64,000 nucleotides of DNA from Pseudomonadota bacterium (GTDB taxonomy: Bacteria; Myxococcota_A; UBA9042; GCA-2863065), in contig SXOX01000103.1 of the NCBI GenBank assembly GCA_005776585.1, positions 137,410 through 201,409 of the forward strand, in the 5' to 3' direction. How positions within the stretch are numbered: position 1 is the first letter of the stretch; each line of letters starts with the position of its first letter. The notes beneath the pieces were generated by a model. The model was given only the letters and a program-made list of their open reading frames with translations, searched no databases and was not told the origin of the DNA. The position numbers were made by a program, and so were the translations under genes. Shown here piece after piece: positions 26,962 to 36,000 of this stretch.

Positions 26962-27417
26962 GTGACTACACTGCTCAAGATCGCCGTCGTGCACGGCCCG
27001 AACCTGAACTTGCTCGGGACGCGAGAGCCGTCGACGTACGGGCGCGCGACCTTGGCGGACATCGACCGCGAGCTCGTGGCGCTGGGCCGTCAGGAGAACA
27101 CCGAGGTGGCGTGCGCCCAGGCCAACGGCGAAGGCGAGCTCGTCGCGCTGATTCAGTCGCTTGGCGCGACGCACGACGGCCTCGTTCTCAACCCTGCGGC
27201 GTACACGCACACCAGCGTCGCCATTCGCGATGCCGTCCTGGCCGTCGGGAAGCCGGCCGTCGAGGTCCACCTGAGCAACGTCCATGCGCGTGAGCCGTTT
27301 CGCCACCATTCGTTTCTGGCCGACATCGTCGTGGGCCGCGTGATGGGCTTCGGGGCGCACAGCTATCGCCTCGGCCTGCTCGGGCTGCTGGCGCACCTGC
27401 GCGGGATCGGAGCGTGA
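26962..27417 (+). CDS. aroQ: Type II 3-dehydroquinate dehydratase
   Basis: KIAVVHGPNLNLLGTREPSTYG, NGEGELV, LNPAAYTHTSVAIRDA and EVHLSNVHAREPFRHHS are canonical AroQ motifs. The start is GTG 26962 (151 aa) or GTG 26914 (167 aa). Confidence 0.85.
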   Translation: MTTLLKIAVVHGPNLNLLGTREPSTYGRATLADIDRELVALGRQENTEVACAQANGEGELVALIQSLGATHDGLVLNPAAYTHTSVAIRDAVLAVGKPAVEVHLSNVHAREPFRHHSFLADIVVGRVMGFGAHSYRLGLLGLLAHLRGIGA

Positions 27418-27424
27418 CGTCGCC

Positions 27425-29008
27425 ATGACCATGCCTGAGGCTCAGAAGATCTCGGCGGAGGCCAAGCGGCTGCTCGAGCGCGGCCAGTTTCGCAAGGCGT
27501 TGCCGCTCTTTCAGCGCGCTGCCGAGGAAGATCCCAACGATCTTCGTCATTTGCTGCGCGTCGGGGACGTGCTGCATCGCATGGGGGACCTGGGCCCGGC
27601 GCTCACGACGTACCTCGACGCCGCACGCAAGCTCACCGATCACGGCTTCCTGCTCCGGGCGGTCGCAGTCTATCGGCAGATGCTGCGCATCGATCCAGGC
27701 CTGCATCCGGTGCACGCGGAGCTGGCGCGCGTCTACGCGATGATCGGGCTCGTCAACGACGCCATCTCGCAATACCAGGAGGGCATCCGGGTCCTCCAGG
27801 CCCGGGGGCGCCCCCGCGACCGGCTCGAGCTCATTCGCGAGCTGCTGGAGCTCGATCCGGACAACGTTCGCGCGCGTGTGCGGCTGGCCGAGGACTTCCT
27901 CGCCGAGGGGGCGGTCGCCGAGGGCGTCACCGAGTTGCGCCTCTGCTGCGAGACCCTCAACCGCATCGGCCGCCATGAGGAGTTCCTGCGCGTGGCGGAG
28001 CGCGTCCTGCACCACGAGCCGGAGGACCTCATCTTGAGCCGGCAGCTCGCGGAGACCTACCTCGAGCACCAGGATCCGCAGCGGGCCTTGCCGCGCATCC
28101 AGGCGTGCTTTCGCGCTCAGCCCAACGACCCCGACCTCCTGAGGCTGTTGGCGACCTGTTTTCGCCTGCTCGGCCAGTCCCACAAGGCCGTCACCGTGCT
28201 CAAGGAGCTGGCACGCCTGCATGAGCGGCAAGGACGGCTGGAGGCGATTCCGGCGCTCTTCGAGGAGATCCTCACGGTGGATCCGAGCGATCAATCCGCG
28301 CGGCGCATCGTGGGCGACCGGATGAAGCGCACAACCGGGCCTGCCGAGCTCGGCTTCGACGAGATCGCGTTCGACGAGCTCGATGACCGCGACCTGTCGA
28401 CCGGCAGTCGGACGCCGTCCCAGATGCGGCGGCTGCGCGATCACACCCCCACGCCGGCGGCCTTCGACAACTTGGACCAGCTCGTCGAGATGGTCGCGTC
28501 CGAGCCCGTCTCCAACGCCGACATCCGCCTGCCGGACCGCCCCGCCGTCAGCCGCGAGGCGACGCGTCCGCCCAAGCCGCCTCCGGTCACGCCCAAGGCG
28601 CCCCTCGTGCCGCCGCCCCTGCCGCCGCCGTCGCGCGTCGAGGCCAAGCCCGAAGCGGCGGCGCCCGTGTCCATCACGCCCGCGGAGCTGCGATCCCAGG
28701 GACCGGCCCGCGTCACTCGGACGACGGACAACTCGTTGGAGTTCGAGCTCGACGTCGGTCAGCTGGACACCGGGTCTCTCGGCGGGCCATCGGGCGACAA
28801 CGATCGTGCGGCGGGTGGCGCGCCTTCGCCACTGGAGTCGTCGCTCGCGGGTGACGTGCCAATCGAGCTCGCCGGCGAGCTGCGCGAGTTCGACTTCTAT
28901 CTCCGAAATGAGCTCCCCGACGCAGCCCGGCTCGTGCTCGAGGAGCTGCCGGCGGAGTTCCATAATCATCCGGAGGTCTTGCGACGCCGGATCATGCTCC
29001 CCCGCTAG
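27425..29008 (+). CDS. TPR-repeat protein with Pro-rich linker and FimV-C-terminal-like tail
   Basis: The N-terminal ~290 aa form TPR-like helical hairpins. A Pro/acidic low-complexity region follows. The C-terminal ELREFDFYLRNELPDAARLVLEELPAEF is reminiscent of the FimV C-terminal motif (inference). The gene starts 7 nt after aroQ. Confidence 0.7.
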   Translation: MTMPEAQKISAEAKRLLERGQFRKALPLFQRAAEEDPNDLRHLLRVGDVLHRMGDLGPALTTYLDAARKLTDHGFLLRAVAVYRQMLRIDPGLHPVHAELARVYAMIGLVNDAISQYQEGIRVLQARGRPRDRLELIRELLELDPDNVRARVRLAEDFLAEGAVAEGVTELRLCCETLNRIGRHEEFLRVAERVLHHEPEDLILSRQLAETYLEHQDPQRALPRIQACFRAQPNDPDLLRLLATCFRLLGQSHKAVTVLKELARLHERQGRLEAIPALFEEILTVDPSDQSARRIVGDRMKRTTGPAELGFDEIAFDELDDRDLSTGSRTPSQMRRLRDHTPTPAAFDNLDQLVEMVASEPVSNADIRLPDRPAVSREATRPPKPPPVTPKAPLVPPPLPPPSRVEAKPEAAAPVSITPAELRSQGPARVTRTTDNSLEFELDVGQLDTGSLGGPSGDNDRAAGGAPSPLESSLAGDVPIELAGELREFDFYLRNELPDAARLVLEELPAEFHNHPEVLRRRIMLPR

Positions 29009-29014
29009 GTCGCG

Positions 29015-29875
29015 ATGCGAACCCCGCCTCGCGACCAGGACACCGACGAGATTCGCGCGCGCGAGCGGGCCCTCGATCTCCGCGAGCAGGAGCTGTCGTC
29101 GCTCGACAGGCTCGTGGACTCGCGCGTCGAGGCCGTCACGCGGCGGCTCGGCGTCACGCGCGAGCTGGAGGACTACGTCGCGGAGCGGACGCGCACCATG
29201 CGCGCGCGCATCGAGCGGCTGGGCGTGGACGTCGAGCTGCCCGACTTCGCCACGTCGGTAGAAGCGGCGCAGACGCTCACCTCGTCGGTCCCGGGATGGG
29301 ACGAGCGTCTGGAGGTCGTCACGGCGCGCGAGGCGCTGTGCGCGCGTCGGGCGGCTTCTGCCGAGGACCGGCGGCTCTGGGCCGATGAGCTCGACGCTGT
29401 CGTGGCCGCCCGTGAGGCCGAGCTGCTCGAGCGCGAACAGGCGTTGGCGGGTCTGCTCCGTCGTGCGATGGGCGCCGCCGCGGACTCGCGCTTCACGCCG
29501 CCGCACGGTGTCCCCGCAGCGGTCGAGAGTGGCGCATCACGCCGCCAGCACCGGCGCATCGGCATCAAGGCGCACCTCGCCTATGGCTCAGCGCACGAGT
29601 TCCTCTACGCCGGCGAGATGGAGAACCTCAGCCTCGGTGGCCTGTTCGTCGCCACCGACAACGTGCTCCCTGTGGGGCGCGAGGTGGATCTCTCGCTCAC
29701 GTTTCCGGATACCGCGCCATTGACGCTCCACGCCGTCGTCGTATGGCGGCGTGAGGCAGATGGGCGCGGCCAGCCGGCCGGCCTCGGCGTCCGGTTCGTG
29801 GACCTCGATCCGGCGACCGAGGAGGCGATCGAATGGCACCTGTCTCGCGCGGAGGCAGTCGCGGACGGCCGCTAG
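29015..29875 (+). CDS. Coiled-coil protein with C-terminal PilZ (c-di-GMP-binding) domain
   Basis: The PilZ signature is RRQHRRIG (RxxxR) followed by ENLSLGGLFV (D/NxSxxG). The N-terminal ~170 aa are helical. 286 aa. Confidence 0.8.
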   Translation: MRTPPRDQDTDEIRARERALDLREQELSSLDRLVDSRVEAVTRRLGVTRELEDYVAERTRTMRARIERLGVDVELPDFATSVEAAQTLTSSVPGWDERLEVVTAREALCARRAASAEDRRLWADELDAVVAAREAELLEREQALAGLLRRAMGAAADSRFTPPHGVPAAVESGASRRQHRRIGIKAHLAYGSAHEFLYAGEMENLSLGGLFVATDNVLPVGREVDLSLTFPDTAPLTLHAVVVWRREADGRGQPAGLGVRFVDLDPATEEAIEWHLSRAEAVADGR

Positions 29876-29971
29876 ACGCGGTCGCGAGCCACGCAAGTTT
29901 TGCGCAGTCTCCGCAGCGAGGGCCACACGCCCCGAAGGCCGTCCACGCACGCGTTCGAAGTGACTTTCACT

Positions 29972-30000
29972 TTGGATCCCCGAGCCATGTCCCGTACTAT
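29972..30000 (+). promoter_or_regulatory. Sigma-70-like promoter candidate upstream of the giant adhesin gene
   Basis: TTGGAT (29972..29977), a 17-nt spacer, then TACTAT (29995..30000), in the 206-bp gap after the PilZ gene. Confidence 0.35.
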
Positions 30001-30081
30001 CGAGCATGGTACGCAGGTTGCAGCCTTCGTCCCTGGGTCGCGCGGCACGAAGCCGTGGCAGCTGCCGAGAGGAGAAAATCC

Positions 30082-33000
30082 TTGTTGCGACAATTGCTTA
30101 CGTCATGGGGCAGCGGCGGCGACGCGCGCAACGATTGCGACCGGCTCCGGAGCATGGCTGCATTCGTCGGGCTCGTCACTACGGCGCTGGTTGGTGTGAC
30201 GGCTCCTGCTGCCGAGTACGCGATGCCGGTCGTGCCCACTCCGGCAGAGGTCTCCGCGGCCGGGCAGTCGGTTGCCATCTCGGGGTCGCTGCTCATCATT
30301 GGAGCCCCATTCGGCACAGGCAAGGTCGCCCAATCAGGTGTCGCGTACGTCCATCGCTACGATACTACGGTCAAGAACTGGGTCTTCGAGGCGGCGCTGC
30401 AGCGCGCGTCTGGCCAGGCTGGCGAGGATTTTGGGCGTTCCGTCGCCATCGATCACGTCAAGGGACTTGCGTTTGTTGGCGCGCCGGGCGTCACCGCGAG
30501 CGGCCTCTCCAGTGCCGGTGTCGTCGCGATTTTCAAGCGGACCGTCACGGGAGCGTGGTCGATCGCGAGCGAGGTCGAGAGCTCGGTTTTTCCGCGACCC
30601 GCCAATGGACGCTTCGGTCACAGCGTCTCAGTGAGCGGAAACACGCTCGTCGTTGGTGAACCCGGCAGCGGCGGCGGCCAGATTCATCAGGTCGACTTCG
30701 ACAACGACGGCGGTAACTTGTCATATGGCGCCGTCATCGTGCCCACTGGCGCGGTCGCGGAGGACGAATGTGGCAGCTCCGTCGCGCTGGCCGATGATCG
30801 CCTGGCCGTCGGCTGTCCTGGCCGCACGGTCGCTGGCCAGTACGCGGCGGGCCTGGGGCTCGTCTATCGCTCGAACGGTTCGAGCTGGAACGAGAAGCTC
30901 GAGATCGACGATGACCCGAGGGCCGGGGCTCGGCTTGGCACGTCGGTCGCGTTGACCTCCGTCGCCGGTACCTATCGGGCTGTGTTCGGAAGTCCGAACT
31001 ACCGCAACGCCAACGACGCTCCGTGCGGCTGCGTGCGCTTTGCTTTCGAGGTTGGTGCGTCGTGGCATGAGAGCAGCACGTTCTTGTCGCCCGGCTGCTC
31101 CGCAGGGGACTTCGGTTACAGTGTCGCGCTGTCGTCCACGCATCTCCTCGTTGGCGCGCCCGGGGCGTCGGTGCCCGGTGTCTTTGGCCCCGTGGGAATC
31201 GCGATGCTCTTCTCATTGACCGCGCCCTCTGCCACCAGTGAGCCTGCCATCGTCACAGAGGTTATGACGTTTCGCGGTGCTGGTGCGGTTTCGTCGGAGG
31301 GATTTGGCACGGCGGTTACCTTGGATGGACAACTGTATGCAGTGGGAGCCCCGAACCACATGTCGGCCGGGAGCATCGGTCGGGCCCATGCGTTCGCCTC
31401 CCGGTGCGGCGATGGCGTGTTCATCTCTACGAAGGAGGGCTGCGATGACGGGGACAACGGCCCGCTCGATGGCTGCGACAATGTCTGCTCCGTCGAGACA
31501 GGTTGGGTCTGCGCCGGTTCGCCGTCGGTGTGCAAGCCCTTCTGCGGTGACGGCGCGCTCGTGGGCCCCGAGCCCTGTGACGACGGTGGCACGGCGTCTG
31601 GCAACGGGTGTAGTAGCACCTGTCAGATTGAGCCCGGTTGGACCTGCGCCGGCGCGCCCAGCTCGTGCACTTTCAACTGCCTGCCTGGCGCCTGCGACGA
31701 CAGCAATCCGTGCACCATCGATACCTGCTCCGCCACCTCCGGCTGCAACGCGGCCCCGCAGACGGGCCTCATGCCGTGCTACTCGGGTCCCCCCGGCTCC
31801 AAGGGACTCGGCGCGTGCACGGGCGGAACGACCGTCTGCCTGGGCGGCCTTCCTGGCCCGTGCCTCGGAGAGACGCTTCCCGCCCTCGAGGTCTGCGACG
31901 GCATCGACAACGACTGCAACACTGCGGTCGACGACGGGCTCCCGGGAGTCGGCGCCGTGTGTGACGGACCGGACGCGGACCAGTGCAAGAACGGCGTGCG
32001 CGTTTGCGCCGTCGGAAGCTCCGGTGGAGGCGCGGTCCTGTGCGCGGAATCTGCGGCTGCGGCGTGGTGGACCTTCGATGGGGTCATCGATGGCACCATC
32101 CGCGATGACAGCGCACACGGCAACGACGCGATCGTCGTCGGCCCTGGCGTCACGCTGTCGGTCCCGGCGATGCCCGGATCGCTCGGCGTCGCGTTCGCCG
32201 GCAAGGGCGGTCGACTGGACGCGGGTACTGCCAACCTGATTGGCGGCAAGGTCTCTGCGACCTGGACCGCGTGGATCAAGCCCAAGTCGATCGCCGATGG
32301 GCTCGCCGTCGTCGTCGCGACGCACGCCCCGACCGAGACCGGGGTTGGGCGCACGTGGGCCTTCGGTCGCTCGGGGCGCGGCCTCTTTCTGCGGCTCCGC
32401 AACGGCACCAACACCAATGACCTGCCCCCGACCGTCGTCTGCGACGCCGACTGCGAGCGGGCGCTCGTGGTCGGGGAGTGGCACCACGTCGCGGCCGTCT
32501 GGAGCGGCGGCGTCACGCGCTTCTACATCGATGGCATCTTTTCTGGCGGTGCGGTGCTTCCTGGGCTCGCGATCGCCGGGAAGCTTCCGGCCGAGCGCAT
32601 CACCATTGGTGGCACCGCCGACGGCGAGCTTGGCTCGTTCGACGGAGGCGTGGATGACGTCCGGGTCTATCCGATTGCGCTCTCGGACGCAGAAATCGCG
32701 CTCGAGGCCGCGCGCGGTCAGGGCAAGCTCGTCGACCTGTGCGATGGACTCGACGACGACTGTGACGGCCAGGTCGACGAAGAGTTCACGGCCGCCTTGG
32801 CCGCGCCGTGCGACGGCCCAGACTCCGACAAGTGCCGGCACGGCGTCGCGGTCTGCTCTCCGGACGGCCGCGCGATCCTGTGCCCGACGGAGACCAAGAC
32901 GGACCTGACCGAGTCGTGCGATGGCCTCGACAACGACTGCGATGGCCAGGTCGACGAGGACTTCCCCAACGTCGGCGCAGCGTGCATCGACACGCCGACG

Positions 33001-36000
33001 GACGGGGACGCCGACGCCTGTAACGATGGCATCGTCGCCTGCGCGCCGACCGGTGAGGCGACCAAGTGCTACCCGAGCCCGACGCACCTGTGGCGCTTCG
33101 ACGAGGGCCAGGGCGCCGTGGCCATCGACACCGCGAGCCAGGTCGGCGTCGCGGACTTCGAGCTGACCGGCGCCACCTGGGGCCCTGGACGCTTTGGGCA
33201 AGCCGCCGTATTTGACGGCCTCGGGAGCTTCGGCGCGGTCAACGTGAGCCTCCCGACGTCGTTCACACTCGAACTTTGGGCCAAGACGAACGCGACGACC
33301 CCAGGGACGCTCTACACCTACGCCGTAGGCAACAGTGTGGTGATGCGCGGGGCGCTCGCTGGTGGCCAGCTCACGCACCATCACAGCACGCTCTCCGGTG
33401 GAGCGACCGCTCCCAGCGGTGCATGGTCCGCCGGGCAGTGGCACCACGTCGCGGTGACGGCGTCGGCCTCAGCCGTCAGCGTGTGGATCGATGGCGCCAT
33501 CGTCGGCACGGCCGCGCTGTCTGGGCCCATCTCGGGGACCACCCTCTACCTTGGCAAGTCTCCGACCGGCTCGGAGTACCTCTCCGGAAGCGTCGACGAG
33601 GTCGCGCTGCTGCCGGACGTCTGGCCCGCCGTGGGCATCGTGCGGCACTTCACCGCAGGCATCCCCGTCGCCGACGCCAATCGCGAGCTCTGTGACGGGC
33701 TCGACAACGACTGCCTCGCGGGACCCGATGACACGCTCCTCGGCGCTGTGGGCACGCCTTGCGACGGCGCCGACGAGGATGGGTGCAAAGACGGTTCGTT
33801 TACGTGCAACGCGCTCAAGACCGCGGTCGAGTGCGTCAACGAGGCCACCGTTGGCCACACGGAGATCTGCAACGCCAAAGACGACGACTGCGACGGGGCG
33901 ACCGACGAGGGCTTCACCTGGTATGAGGCCTTCTCGGACGCCACGAAGCTCATCGGGGAGCCGTGCAAGCCGCAGGGTGAGTGCGGGCTTGGCAAGGTCG
34001 AGTGCCTCACGCAGACCCAGGCTGCGTGCTCGACGGGCCCGGGGGGGAGCCTCACGCAGGCCAAGGCCGAGTTGTGCGACCTGAAGGACAACGACTGCGA
34101 CGGTCTCACCGACGAGAATCCCGATGGCACGCGGCTCACCGTCTCGTGCTACTCGGGACCTGCCGGCACCGAAGGGGTCGGAGCCTGCAAGCCAGGAGCG
34201 CGGCTCTGCCTCGACTCGGGCGCGCTGGGTCCATGCGCGGGCGACGTGCTCCCCAAAGCGGCGGACACGACGTGCGATCTCGTCGATGACGACTGCAATG
34301 GCGTCACTGACGACGGCTACAAAGACGCCATCGCGTGCACCGTCGACACGTGCCTGAGCGGGGTGGCGAAGAGCACGCCGGACGACACGAAGTGCGACGA
34401 CAAGAACCCGTGCACCGACGACACCTGCGGCGCCGTCGCCAACAGCAACGGCGGCTGCGTCTTCACGATTGACGACACGAACACGCCCGATCCCGTCGTC
34501 CATGGCAAGCCCTGCAAGAAGCCCGTGTGCACCCTCGGCAAGGTCGTGCTCATCGACGATCCGGGGTCGGTGCCCGATGACGGCCTGTCCTGTACCTCCG
34601 ACGTCTGCAAGGACGGTCTTGCGGTGCACCCGCTCGAGCCCGGAACCTGCCTCATCAACGGCGCCTGCTACGCCGCCACGACCGTCAATCCGAGCAACGG
34701 CTGCCAGGTCTGCGCTCCTGACATCGACACCGTGAAGTGGAGCAAGTACGTCCACCTCTCGGACTTCGACAAGGGCGGCGGCAACGCCGATGGCTGGACT
34801 GCCGAGGAGCTTCAGTACGGCGGCGTGAGCTGGGGGCTCGCGCCCTATCTCCAGGTCACGGGGACCTCGTCGTTCTACTTCGGCAACGGTGCGACGCGGA
34901 CCTACGACACGGGCGCGCGCGTGGCGGCGACCGCCAAGTCGCCCACGTTCATCATCCCGGCGTCGGTCAAAGGGACGCTCACCTTCCACGTCTGGATGGA
35001 CACCGAAGGCTACACGGGTTCCGAGAAGTACGACACGCTCACCCTGTCCGTCGTCGAGTCCGTGGCGGGCACCAAGACCACGGTCTGGGACTCCATGCAC
35101 GGCTTTGGTAACCAGACGGGCAAGGTATTCAAGAAGATCGTGGTCGACCTCTCGCCATTTTCCGGGAAGTCGATTCAACTGGCGTTTACGTTCGACTCGG
35201 GGGACGCCTACTTCAACGACTATGAGGGCGTCTACCTCGACCGCGTGCGCGTCGAGACCGCGTGCTGCACCTCCAGCGTCGATTGCGACGACGGCCTCGT
35301 CTGTACGCAGGACTCCTGCTTCGAGAAGAGCTGTCTGCACACTCAGCTCTGCAGCGACTGCGTGAGCAAGCAGCACTCGGTCGTCCTGCTGCTGGACCGC
35401 TCGGAGACCATGGTTCAGAAGGTGGCTACAGGCGAGACCCAATGGCAGGCGCTTCGCAACGCGCTCGGCACAGTCCTGCCAAAGCACGACCAGTCGCTCA
35501 ACGTGGGGCTCAAGGTGTTCCCCACGAGCGATCCGCTGGACGTCTGCGCCGCGACGACGGGCCTCGACGTGGACTTTCACTCCACCTCCTCGTTGATGAT
35601 CGACTTCCTCAACGCGACGCAGCCGCTCGGGCAGTCGCCGGTGGCCGCGGGCCTCAACGCGGTCGCCGCGGCCTACGCGACGCCGACGGCCAAGGCCCAG
35701 GGCGGAGCCAAGGTGGTCATCCTCGTCAGTGACGGCGTCGACTCCTGCGCCGGTGACGTCAAGGCCGCTATCGCTGCGCTTGGCGTGATGGGCATCCGCG
35801 TCATCGTCCTGGCTTGGGATACGGCGACGACCAAGGCGGTCTTTACCGAATGGGCGCTCGCCGGAGGCTTTGCCACGCCGCGTTCCAACGTGCTGGACAA
35901 GGTCTACACCTCGCTGACAGACGCCGTCGACCTGGCTGCCGCGCTCGATGCCGCGATGACGCGCGCGCGCGCGGAGGTCTGCGACGGTACCGACGACGAC

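Noticed and set aside
27188-29506. 772-aa minus-strand ORF
   Set aside because: It is antisense to the TPR and PilZ genes. Its composition is the Arg/Leu/Gly/Glu-rich type typical of shadow frames, and it has no recognisable domains.
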